DNA of 64,000 nucleotides from an uncultured Alphaproteobacteria bacterium (GTDB lineage Bacteria; Pseudomonadota; Alphaproteobacteria; Rhizobiales; Xanthobacteraceae): NCBI GenBank assembly GCA_963819915.1, contig CAWFXX010000010.1, positions 21,289 to 85,288 of the forward strand, read 5' to 3'. Shown piece by piece: positions 31,251 to 40,560 of this stretch (position 1 is its first letter; each line of letters starts with the position of its first letter). The notes under the pieces were generated by a model. It saw only the letters and a program-made list of their open reading frames with translations, ran no database searches and was not told where the DNA came from. The position numbers and the translations under genes were made by a program.

Positions 31251-32321
31251 TCAGGGACGCGCGTATTTCACGCGACGCAATTGCGCGTTCGCCAGGCGCT
31301 CCATGTTGCGAAGATCCGACTCTTGCAGCCGCATCGCATGTTCGGCCCAGATGTCGGTGACGTCGCGAAGCTCCTCGAGCGAGAGCGGATTGACACGCAG
31401 CCCGACCTCGCGGACACGCCGATGCACGGCATGGTGGCGGCGGTTATGGGCGATGTAGTCGCGCACAGCCTCCTCGCCGCGCCCGTCCTCGGCCAGGACG
31501 TCGATCAAGCCCATCTCATGAAGCTCGGGGGCGCCAAAAACGCGTCCGCTCAGGATCATCTTGTGCGCCCGCGTCATGTCGAGCTTGCGCGCCAGAAAGC
31601 TGAAGGCGCCCATGCCTGGAAACAGGTTGAACAAAATTTCCGGCAGGCCAAACTTGGCTTTCTTTTCCGCCACGAGCACGTTGAAGGAGAGCGCGCCCTC
31701 GAACCCGCCGCCGAGCGCATCGCCTTGGACCAGCGCGATTGTAATTAGCGGCAGATGAAAGCCGACTGACATTTGGTACGCGACGTCGACGCAGTCATGC
31801 GCATAGTTACGCAGTGCATCGATGTCACGCGCGCGAATGCTCTTGATGAAAAAGGCAAGATCGCCGCCGAGATTGTAGACACCTGGAATTCGCGAGCCAC
31901 CGACGAAGTATTTGATCGGCGCAGCCTCGCCCGGCGGCAAGTTGGCGAACATGCGTTGCAACATCCGCCGCATGGAAATCAGCTCTTGCAGCAACGTCGG
32001 CGTGAAGCTCGGCGGCCCTGCCGGATGCATAAAGCACCAGATGCTTTCTTCGTTTGAATTCAGCGTCAGATCGAGTTCGCGAAAACCGGCGCTGCTGACG
32101 CCAGCGTTAAAGTCGATACGGGCGCGCTGGATCGCGCGCTCTTCACGCGCAGACGCAAGATTTGCCGGTGACCAGAGCTCCAATTGCGTTGGAATCCTGG
32201 CCTCCGCCGGCTGAGCAAGATGACCCAGCGACGCAACATTGAGTTTCGTTACGGCCGAACGCAAACTGCCTCCCACTACCAACGGACGGTCTGGCGTTGG
32301 CCACAACAGGACGGCTGCCAC
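31251..32321 (-). CDS. rpfF: RpfF-type DSF synthase (crotonase fold); start uncertain
   Basis: SRIPGVYNLGGDL, ALVQGDALGGGFEGALS, GLPEILFNLFPGMGA with both catalytic Glu; convergent with rpfC. Confidence 0.9.
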   Translation of the reverse strand: MAAVLLWPTPDRPLVVGGSLRSAVTKLNVASLGHLAQPAEARIPTQLELWSPANLASAREERAIQRARIDFNAGVSSAGFRELDLTLNSNEESIWCFMHPAGPPSFTPTLLQELISMRRMLQRMFANLPPGEAAPIKYFVGGSRIPGVYNLGGDLAFFIKSIRARDIDALRNYAHDCVDVAYQMSVGFHLPLITIALVQGDALGGGFEGALSFNVLVAEKKAKFGLPEILFNLFPGMGAFSFLARKLDMTRAHKMILSGRVFGAPELHEMGLIDVLAEDGRGEEAVRDYIAHNRRHHAVHRRVREVGLRVNPLSLEELRDVTDIWAEHAMRLQESDLRNMERLANAQLRRVKYARP

Positions 32322-32336
32322 CGCGGAGCCATGATA

Positions 32337-32352
32337 TTAATCAAAAATTAAC
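32337..32352 (+). promoter_or_regulatory. CtrA consensus box upstream of rpfF
   Basis: TTAA-TCAAAAA-TTAAC; extra GGTTAA half-sites at 32379 and 32476. Confidence 0.55.
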
Positions 32353-32838
32353 CCTCCTGAATCTGTTGTTACCGAGATGGTTAATCCTGGCTGTGACGGG
32401 AGTCACAAAAACTGCGATTTCTTGCCGCAGCGGATCGTGAACCACGATGTTCCTGCGAGTGAACGCCTCTTTGATGGTTAACCGGAGGCCGCCCAACTAC
32501 CATCGCGATTTTGCGCGAGAATCGGCTGAACGTTCCACGAGTCGGGAAACGGCAGCGCCGCAGCGCCACGATCGCATGCGACCGCAGCTATGTGACGCGC
32601 GGGGTGGCACGAAAGCTAAATTGCATGGCGCCACTGCTCGTTGGGATGTCCGCAAGTTGCGAGATTCGACTTGCCACGATTGCGGATCGTGCAACGGAAA
32701 GTGCCGATAGTGGCCGTTATCATTTATGCGCGGCGGCAACTCGTATTGATTGATCCAACCGGACGACGAGAGTGACTTTCGCGGCGCTGGCCCAATCGAG
32801 ATTGCCTGCCCACGCACTTACCAGTATCCCTGCGGGCC

Positions 32839-34099
32839 ATGAGCCTCGATACAGGCGAAATCGCAACGGGCGGCGGCGTGCGATTTCTCGGGGAGCGCCG
32901 GTTCTATTGGCGCCTGCTCATCCGCGGCGGCGCGTTGCTGATGGTCACGCTAGGCATTTATCGCTTCTGGCTGGCAACCGATGTGCGTCGCTTCCTGTGG
33001 TCGAATACCGAAATTGCAGGCGAGACGCTGGAATATACCGGCACGCCACTCGAACTCCTCCTCGGATTCCTGGTCGCGATCGCCATTCTCATTCCGGTCT
33101 ATGCCGGTTTCTTTCTGGCGGCGCTTGACCTCGGCACGCTCGCAAAATTCTCGAGCGTGATTGCTTTTGCAGCGCTTGGCGTCCTCGGCCAGTACGCAAT
33201 CTATCGCGCCCGCCGCTATCGCCTGACGCGCACGATCTATCGCGGCTTGCGTTTCCACCAGGAGGGTTCGGCCTGGGCCTATGCCCTTCGCGCGATCCTC
33301 TGGTGGATCGTGACCGCGTTGAGTTTCGGGCTCGCCTATCCGTTCCAGATCGCCAGTCTCGAGCGCTATAAAATGCGCAACACGTTCTATGGTGATCTGG
33401 CCGGACGCTTCGAAGCATCCGGTTTCGGTCTGCTCCTGCGCGGGTTGCCGATGTGGCTGCTCGTCTTTGCGCCTTTGGCGCTCGCGGTCCGGGAATTCGT
33501 AGGCACGGTGGATTGGAAGGCGCTTGTCGATGTGCTCGCGCAAGGCGGCGATAACGTCATGGGCAGAATCGAAGGCAGCAACCCTGGGCTGGGCGCAGCC
33601 ATTGTCTTTGCCATGCTCATGGGTGGCGCAAGCGTCACCGCCGCCGCCCTGCTCTACCCGGCATTCCAGGCCATCGTGCTGCGTTGGTGGTCGTCGGGAC
33701 TATGCTTCGGCGATCTCGAAGTGCGCTCCCGGTTGCGCATGCAGTCATGTTTACGCCGCCTATGCGCGCTTTGTCGGCTATGCAGTCCTGTTCAGCGCGG
33801 CAGTGGGAATTTTCGGCGCGATCGCACTGGTCGTCGTTGGCGCGCTCACAACTGCCGCAAAACCTGGCGCCACTGGCGAAATCCTAACGACGCTATTTCT
33901 GCTGGCGGGATACGTTGTCACGGCGCTCGGATTTTCGACGATCTATCGCGCCACCGTGCTGCTGTCTCTCTGGCAATTGGGTATGGAATCGCTGCAACTG
34001 ACCGGCCTTTCCGCACTCGATAAGGTCAAAGCGACCGGCCGGCCAAGCTCCGCAATCGGCGAAGGTCTCGCTGACGCGCTGAATGTGGGCGGTTACTGA
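32839..34099 (+). CDS. DUF898/YjgN family membrane protein, frameshift at ~33744
   Basis: TLGIYRFW, YTGTPLELL, YRLTRT; C-terminus continues in another frame (HVYAAY...GEGLADALNVGGY). Confidence 0.88.
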
Positions 34100-35229
34100 T
34101 GGCGAGCAAAGGGGCCACATCGATGAATTCCGGAGCCGGCATCTATTTTGACGGTGTGACCAGCACGCGCCGCGATGTGGCGGTGGCGCTTGCGCCGTCA
34201 AGCCTGCAAATATCCGACCAGGATGGGCGACTTCTGACGGAATGGCCCTATGACGAAATTGAGGGGCTGGCTGCTCCTCACAATGTGCTTCGCCTTGGCC
34301 GCCATGGAAATGCGACGCTTGAGCGCCTTGAAATTCTCGATCCGGGCTTTGCCGCCGACATTGACGCCCGCGCATCCCGTGTCGACCGGACAGGGGCCCT
34401 GCAACACCGGCAGCGCATGCGGGTGATCGGCTGGAGCGTTGCCGCAACTGCATCGCTGGTGGTGGTGGCCTGGTTCGGCGTGCCGGCAATCGCCGCTCGG
34501 CTGACGCCGCTGCTCCCGCCAGCGGCCGAGCGCAGGCTGGGTGACGCGGTTGATATGCAGGTCCGCGGCATGCTCGATTTGCACAAGGCCGGCGCCAGCT
34601 TTGATTGCGGTACAGGTCCATCGGAGACGGCTGGCCGCGCCGCGCTCGATAAAATGGTGCGGCGACTTGAAGTGGCGGCGGCACTCGCCCTGCCCTTACG
34701 CGCCAATGTTGTGCGGCGTGACGAGGCCAATGCCGTGGCTTTACCGGGCGGACAGGTTTATGTATTCCGCGGTCTGATTGCCAAGGCTGATACCGCTGAC
34801 GAGGTTGCTGGCGTGATTGCACATGAAATTGGCCACGTCGCCCATCGCGATGGCACCAAGGCCGTCCTTCAGGGCGCCGGCCTGTCGTTTTTGTTCGGAA
34901 TGTTGCTTGGCGATTTTGTTGGCGGCGGCGCGGTTGTTTTCGCAGCCAAGACGGTGCTGCAATCGTCCTATTCACGCGAGGCCGAAGCGCAGGCCGATGC
35001 CTATGGCGCCGATCTTATGAATAGAGCCGGAGGCGACGCTCATGCGCTCGCGACCATGCTCGACAAGATCGGCGGCGCCCCCGAACCGGGCATGACAATT
35101 CTTTTAAACCATCCGGAGACCGAAGCGCGTGTTGCCGCCATCAATAGACTGGCGGTGGCGCGGCCGTCGTCGTCATTTCTCGATGCTGGAGAATGGGCGG
35201 CGCTCAAGACGATTTGTGCGGGGTCGTGA
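34099..35229 (+). CDS. M48 family metallopeptidase
   Basis: NAVALPGG, AHEIGHV (HExxH), YSREAEAQAD, NHP; typical partner of DUF898. Confidence 0.92.
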   Translation: MASKGATSMNSGAGIYFDGVTSTRRDVAVALAPSSLQISDQDGRLLTEWPYDEIEGLAAPHNVLRLGRHGNATLERLEILDPGFAADIDARASRVDRTGALQHRQRMRVIGWSVAATASLVVVAWFGVPAIAARLTPLLPPAAERRLGDAVDMQVRGMLDLHKAGASFDCGTGPSETAGRAALDKMVRRLEVAAALALPLRANVVRRDEANAVALPGGQVYVFRGLIAKADTADEVAGVIAHEIGHVAHRDGTKAVLQGAGLSFLFGMLLGDFVGGGAVVFAAKTVLQSSYSREAEAQADAYGADLMNRAGGDAHALATMLDKIGGAPEPGMTILLNHPETEARVAAINRLAVARPSSSFLDAGEWAALKTICAGS

Positions 35230-35231
35230 CG

Positions 35232-36086
35232 ATGGCGCGACGCCCGTTTCATGACGAGCCCACGTCGAAGATCGCCGTCTGGTCCTCCCGACTGGCGCTT
35301 TTTGCTTTTGCCGTGGCGGCACTTTCGATCATCATCGTGCGCTCAAACCTGCTCGAGATTGTGCCGGCGCTCGCCACCTTTGCGGCCGCGCTGGTTTTTG
35401 CCGGGCTTGCCATTCTCCTGGCATTCGGGGGCTTCATCGTAATCTGGCGGCAGGGCTATTCCGGCCTTGGCCGCGCGCTGCTCGGCCTGTTTCTCGGCCT
35501 GGCACTGCTCGCATATCCGGCCTACCTCGGTACGCGAGCCTTGAAGTTGCCGGCGATCACAGACATCACAACGGACACGGCCAACCCGCCACGGTTCGAC
35601 GCTCTGGCCCGTCAGCGACCACGCGATCGCACCGATTATCCCGGCCAGACGGTGGCGGCGCTCCAGCGCACCGGCTATCCGGATATCGCGCCCCTCGAGC
35701 TCGATGTTGCGCCCAAAGTCGCCTACGACGCCGCGCTCGCGCTGGTGACCAAGCGCAAATGGACGATTGCGGATACACGGCCGCCGACCTTGGCGCGACG
35801 CGATGCCGTGATCGAGGCCGTCGCGCGCACACCGATCATGGGATTCCGCGACGACGTTGTCATCCGGGTGACGCCGGTCGGCCAGGGCACCCGTATCGAT
35901 ATGCGCTCCGCATCGCGTGTTGGAGGGCACGACTTCGGCGCCAATGCGTCGCGCATCCGAAGCTTGCTCGAAGACCTCGATGACGTTGTGGGCTCGGCGC
36001 CGGAGCCTCGGTCGCTGCCCGAGAAAAAGCCCCCACCGCCGAAAAAGGGACAGCAGCCCGAAAAACGTCAGCCGGGCAAGCGATAA
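35232..36086 (+). CDS. DUF1499 domain membrane protein
   Basis: DITTD, GFRDDVVIRV, DMRSASRVG.HDFGANASRI. Confidence 0.88.
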   Translation: MARRPFHDEPTSKIAVWSSRLALFAFAVAALSIIIVRSNLLEIVPALATFAAALVFAGLAILLAFGGFIVIWRQGYSGLGRALLGLFLGLALLAYPAYLGTRALKLPAITDITTDTANPPRFDALARQRPRDRTDYPGQTVAALQRTGYPDIAPLELDVAPKVAYDAALALVTKRKWTIADTRPPTLARRDAVIEAVARTPIMGFRDDVVIRVTPVGQGTRIDMRSASRVGGHDFGANASRIRSLLEDLDDVVGSAPEPRSLPEKKPPPPKKGQQPEKRQPGKR

Positions 36087-36982
36087 ACCCCATCGATGGC
36101 GGGGTCGCCATCGGTTTCGACCAGACCGCGCGTGACCAGATCCTCGAGATGCGCGAGCACCGACAGGCCGGCGGCTCCAGTTAGACGAGGGTCAATGCCG
36201 ATATAAATTGCGCGCACGATTGTGGGAATGTCAGTCGCGCCCTTTGACAGGCGATGCAGGATCGACGCTTCGCGCGCTTTGCGATGCAGAATGTAATAGT
36301 TGACGAAGCGCGACGCATCGGTGATCGCGGGCCCGTGGCCGGGGAAATAAGTGGTCTCCTTGCGCCCCGCGAGCTTTGCCAGCGACGCCATGTAATCACT
36401 CATGGCGCCATCGGGTGGCGCAACAATCGACGTTGCCCAGGCCATGATATGATCGCCGGCGAATAAAACGTTTTTATCCTTGAGCGCGTAAGACATGTGG
36501 TTGGCAGTGTGACCCGGCGTCGTCACCGCTTCGATCGACCAACCATCGCCGGCGACGACCTCGCCATCCTTGAGCATCACGTCGGGCCGGAAGTCACGGT
36601 CGGCGCTGGCATCGAGTGGATTGTGTTCGCCAATGTGCAGCGGGCGCGCGGCGCGGTGCGGACCCTCGGCATAGACTTTAGCTCCCGTAGCCGCCTTTAT
36701 TGCCGGCACCGCAGGCGAATGGTCGCGGTGGGTGTGAGTGACAAATATATGCGTCACGGTCTCATTGCGCACCGCGTCGAGCAACGCGCCGATATGCGCG
36801 GCATCGTCCGGACCGGGATCGACGATGGCCACATTGCCGCGACCGACAATGTAGCTGACGGTCCCTTTGAAGGTGAACGGACCCGGGTTGTTCGCCATGA
36901 TCCGGCGTATACCGGACATTGGCTCGTCCACCGTGTCCGGCGCCAGATTCAGGTCCTTGTCGAATGGGATGTCTTCGGCCAT
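36068..36982 (-). CDS. MBL-fold metallo-hydrolase
   Basis: NPGPFTFKGT, THTHRDH, PGHTANH, GDHIM, PGHG. Confidence 0.92.
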   Translation of the reverse strand: MAEDIPFDKDLNLAPDTVDEPMSGIRRIMANNPGPFTFKGTVSYIVGRGNVAIVDPGPDDAAHIGALLDAVRNETVTHIFVTHTHRDHSPAVPAIKAATGAKVYAEGPHRAARPLHIGEHNPLDASADRDFRPDVMLKDGEVVAGDGWSIEAVTTPGHTANHMSYALKDKNVLFAGDHIMAWATSIVAPPDGAMSDYMASLAKLAGRKETTYFPGHGPAITDASRFVNYYILHRKAREASILHRLSKGATDIPTIVRAIYIGIDPRLTGAAGLSVLAHLEDLVTRGLVETDGDPAIDGVYRLPG

Positions 36983-37046
36983 GCCGCCGCGTGTAGATCA
37001 GCGCGGCCGAAGTTTCAATGAGCCTCTCGTCACGAAAATTGCCAGG

Positions 37047-37385
37047 CTATTTGACCACCAGGGTGCCGTTGGTGGCCTGGTTGAAGTCATCGAAAAAACT
37101 GTAGCTGCCTGGATCCAGCGGCCGCAGCCTGATGATGCCTTCACTGTTCCCGGCCACGACTTTCTCAACACGCAAACTCACGCTCTCGAATTCCATCGGC
37201 GTCGGATCGAGATTTTTCACGTGCAGTTCGATGGGGACCCGGGCTGGCGCCTGAATTTGTGCGGGCTGGAAGCGATGGTTTTTGACGCTGATGTTCACGG
37301 TCGCCGTTTGCTGCGCGCTTGCCGGCAAGCAGGATACCGCCAGCAGCAGCAGCGCAAAAACCGTCTTTGCATTGGTTCCGATCAT
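37047..37385 (-). CDS. Cupredoxin-domain periplasmic protein (EfeO/CUP-like)
   Basis: Signal peptide; EFES..LRVEKVV, PLDPGSYSFFDDF. Confidence 0.85.
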   Translation of the reverse strand: MIGTNAKTVFALLLLAVSCLPASAQQTATVNISVKNHRFQPAQIQAPARVPIELHVKNLDPTPMEFESVSLRVEKVVAGNSEGIIRLRPLDPGSYSFFDDFNQATNGTLVVK

Positions 37386-37399
37386 GCGAAGCCCTCCGC

Positions 37400-38302
37400 C
37401 TAGAATTCAACTGCGAGTTTCAACTTGCCGCGCTGCCGGGAAAACTCCCCAAAATTGAGGGTCGAACCCGGCTCATCGACGTCACGGCCATGGATTTGCA
37501 CGTTCCAGGCGGCCGTCATGAACACCTTGCGGCCAAGCTGAATGTAGGTTGTAGGGCCAAGAAAAAAGGCATCTCCGGTGAAGGTGTTGAACCAGGCGCC
37601 CTCATAGTGACGCAGGTACCAGAGTTCGGCGCCAACAAACACGCCCGGCAAGACGCGATAGGACAAGGCGCCAGAAATGCCCCCGGTCGACTCCTTTTCC
37701 CAGCCGGCACCGATGCCGTCGGGATCATGTGTCCCCTCAGGTTCATAGAGGAGGTTGCTGCCGAGATAGAGCCAATTCTTGATGAGCTCAAGATCGGCAT
37801 TGACCTTCAATTCGAGGCCAAAATTCTTGACGCGCGCGCCGCTGGTCTCGTCAATACGGTGCCACTCGGGTTCAGCGGACAGCGTGACCGCGAGAGGCGA
37901 GGATGGGCCGCGGTCCAGGAGCAGATAGCGCACTTCGCCAAAGAATCCGCTCATCGCCAGCTGATTGCGATCGTCCAGGTCGGTGACGCCCTTGATGACG
38001 TGCGCGGAAACCAGCGGGCCAAGTTCGAACTGGACATATTGATTCGGCGTAAACTCATATTCGAGTTTTGTTTCGCTCGCCCAATAGCGCCCGTCGCGTT
38101 TTCCCATCCGCGCGACGGTCTCCAACGAAACTTCCTTTTCACCTTCGAGTCCGATACCAGAGCCTTCGGTGAAACCGAAAATGTATTTCGTCTCGACGTC
38201 GCGATAAAATGCCGGGTTGTCCTGGGCACGAGCGCCGGAACCGGCAGCGAATAACAGTGGCGCGGCAAAAATAATCGCACGCGCGCAGCGAGCGTTAGGC
38301 AT
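37400..38302 (-). CDS. Hypothetical exported protein, probable outer-membrane beta-barrel
   Basis: Signal peptide (ARA/QD), alternating beta-strand pattern, C-terminal ...KLAVEF. Confidence 0.7.
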   Translation of the reverse strand: MPNARCARAIIFAAPLLFAAGSGARAQDNPAFYRDVETKYIFGFTEGSGIGLEGEKEVSLETVARMGKRDGRYWASETKLEYEFTPNQYVQFELGPLVSAHVIKGVTDLDDRNQLAMSGFFGEVRYLLLDRGPSSPLAVTLSAEPEWHRIDETSGARVKNFGLELKVNADLELIKNWLYLGSNLLYEPEGTHDPDGIGAGWEKESTGGISGALSYRVLPGVFVGAELWYLRHYEGAWFNTFTGDAFFLGPTTYIQLGRKVFMTAAWNVQIHGRDVDEPGSTLNFGEFSRQRGKLKLAVEF

Positions 38303-38423
38303 TTCTCTTTTCCTCATACGCCGGGTTCAAGGCCTGGCAATCAGGTTGCGCGCCACGCAAAGCGCGTGGCGCAAAATCAATTCAAGAAATTTTCGCGCGC
38401 GAGTCAATGCGTCCGGCAAACAT

Positions 38424-38453
38424 TAGAATATTCTAGTTCGGAGATGTTCTAAT
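38424..38453. promoter_or_regulatory. Palindrome plus imperfect Irr/ICE-like site upstream of the OM protein-cupredoxin pair
   Basis: TAGAATATTCTA at 38424-38435; minus strand ATTAGAA-CAT-CTCCGAA at 38437-38453 versus the TTTAGAA-N3-TTCTAAA consensus. Confidence 0.35.
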
Positions 38454-38516
38454 TTGAATGTACGCGTATTCGTTCTTTTTGCACGCGCATTCAGCTGATT
38501 GGCCGGCTCACCAGCG

Positions 38517-40445
38517 TCAGGCAACGGCCTCGTTGCGTGCCGTTTCGTTGAGGATGTGCTCAATTTCGGCGGCCGGACGCGGCGGACTGAAGAAAAAGCC
38601 CTGGACTTCGTTGCAGCCTTCCTTGGTGAGCCGCGCGAGCTGCTCTTTCGTCTCCACGCCCTCGGCGGTTGTCGTGATCCCCAGGCTGCTGCTCAATCCG
38701 ACCACGGCGCGAATGATAGCCACGCTGTCCTCCTTCGACGTCAGGTCGCGAATAAAGGATTGATCGATCTTGATCTTGTCGAACGGGAAGCTGCGCAGAT
38801 AGCCGAGCGAAGAGTAGCCCGTGCCGAAATCATCCATCGCGATTTTGATGCCGAGATTGCGGAGTTCGTGCAGAATGGCGAGGGCGTGATCATTATCCTG
38901 CAAGAGCACCAGCTCGGTAATTTCCAATTCCAGCCGCGCCGCCGGTAGCCCGCAATCCGTCAACACATTGACGATGGTCTGGACCAGTTTCGGACTCTTG
39001 AATTGCGCCGGCGACAGATTGACCGACACCGTGACATCCTTCGGCCAACGCACTGCCTCGCTGCATGCGTTCCGCAGTACCCATTCCCCCAACGGAATGA
39101 TGAGGCTGGTTTCCTCCGCGATCGGAATAAACTCCATTGGCGGAATCATGCCGCGATCGGGGTGCGACCATCGAATGAGAGCTTCGCAACTCGTGATTTT
39201 GCCCGTCTTCACTTCGACAATCGGCTGGTAATGAAGCTCAAACTCTTCCTTCAGGATTGCCTTGCGCAGTTCAAGCTCGAGAGTACGGCGCACCTGCATG
39301 CGCGCATCCATTTTGGTCTCGAAAAACCGGAACGTGCCGCCGCCGTCCCCCTTGGCGCGATATAGCGCCAGGTCGGCGTCCTTCATCAGTGTATCCGGTG
39401 TAACTCCGTCGGCGGGCGCGACGGCAATGCCGATGCTGGCGCCCACCACAACTTGATGGCCCTCGATATCATAGGGAGCACCAACGACCTCTATCAGTCG
39501 GGCTGCGAGCGCGTTGGTGTCGAGGCCTTGCACGGACGGAATTTGAACGATTGCGAACTCGTCGCCACCCAGCCTGGCGACAATATCTCCATCGCGAACG
39601 CAAGCGCGCATGCGATCGGCCGCGGCCTGCAGGAGCCGGTCGCCGACGGGATGTCCAAGCGTGTCATTTACGCTTTTGAAATGGTCCAGATCAAGGCTGA
39701 GGACCGAAACAGAATCGGCACGCCGCATGTGACGCAGGATCGATCCCATACGGTCGTAGAATGTGACGCGATTGGGCAAATCCGTAAGCGCGTCGTGGTT
39801 CGCCAGGTGCTTGATCCGCTCCTCGGCGGCGAGCCGTTCGGTAATGTCCTCGAAGGTCACGACGAAGCCGCCGCCTGGCCTTGGCCGATACAATATCGAG
39901 ATGCTGCGGCCGTCGGTCAGTCGTTGGACGAAGGCGCCGCCCTTTCCTTCACGATAAATGCTGTCGCGTATGGCAAGCGTCCCTTGCGGGTCGACATCGG
40001 TGGCGTTACCGGACGTACGCAAGAGCGCAACGAGATCGTACGTGGTCATGCCCGGGACGACCTTGTCTTTCGGCAGACCGTAGATCTCCGTAAAGCGCGA
40101 ATTGAAAATCGCAAGCTTCCCGTCCGCATCGTACATGCAGAGGCCTTGCGACATATTCGTCAACGCAGCGTCGAGACGCGTATTTTGTTCCGCAAGGTCG
40201 TGCTGCGTGTTGCGGAGCGCTTCGAGCGTGCGGTCGAGCGCACGGAACGGAAGCCAGCGGATTGCGAAATACATCGCCAGCCCGACAATAGCGATCAGCA
40301 CGGCGACAAATGTCGTCAGCGAAAGGTAGTCACGCAAGGCCGCGTTCGTGATGAGCGGACGCACCGCGACGCCGCCCGCAACAATCGCTGCCAGCAGAAG
40401 GACAAATCCGACTGCGAAAGCTACTTTCAAAAATAGCGGCCGCAT
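38517..40445 (-). CDS. Membrane PAS-GGDEF-EAL c-di-GMP enzyme
   Basis: Two TMs, PAS (NMSQGLCMYD), RDGD + RLGGDEF, EALIRW, DDFGTGYSS, EGVE. Confidence 0.93.
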   Translation of the reverse strand: MRPLFLKVAFAVGFVLLLAAIVAGGVAVRPLITNAALRDYLSLTTFVAVLIAIVGLAMYFAIRWLPFRALDRTLEALRNTQHDLAEQNTRLDAALTNMSQGLCMYDADGKLAIFNSRFTEIYGLPKDKVVPGMTTYDLVALLRTSGNATDVDPQGTLAIRDSIYREGKGGAFVQRLTDGRSISILYRPRPGGGFVVTFEDITERLAAEERIKHLANHDALTDLPNRVTFYDRMGSILRHMRRADSVSVLSLDLDHFKSVNDTLGHPVGDRLLQAAADRMRACVRDGDIVARLGGDEFAIVQIPSVQGLDTNALAARLIEVVGAPYDIEGHQVVVGASIGIAVAPADGVTPDTLMKDADLALYRAKGDGGGTFRFFETKMDARMQVRRTLELELRKAILKEEFELHYQPIVEVKTGKITSCEALIRWSHPDRGMIPPMEFIPIAEETSLIIPLGEWVLRNACSEAVRWPKDVTVSVNLSPAQFKSPKLVQTIVNVLTDCGLPAARLELEITELVLLQDNDHALAILHELRNLGIKIAMDDFGTGYSSLGYLRSFPFDKIKIDQSFIRDLTSKEDSVAIIRAVVGLSSSLGITTTAEGVETKEQLARLTKEGCNEVQGFFFSPPRPAAEIEHILNETARNEAVA

Positions 40446-40560
40446 TGACACCTGATCCCGGTGATCCAGCCGAGAAAGTGCCATCCACTAGATGAAATTT
40501 CGTCTTTAGGTTGTATGCAATTTTAAATACCGGCGCGCTTTCGGTGGCCGGCTACCGCGC

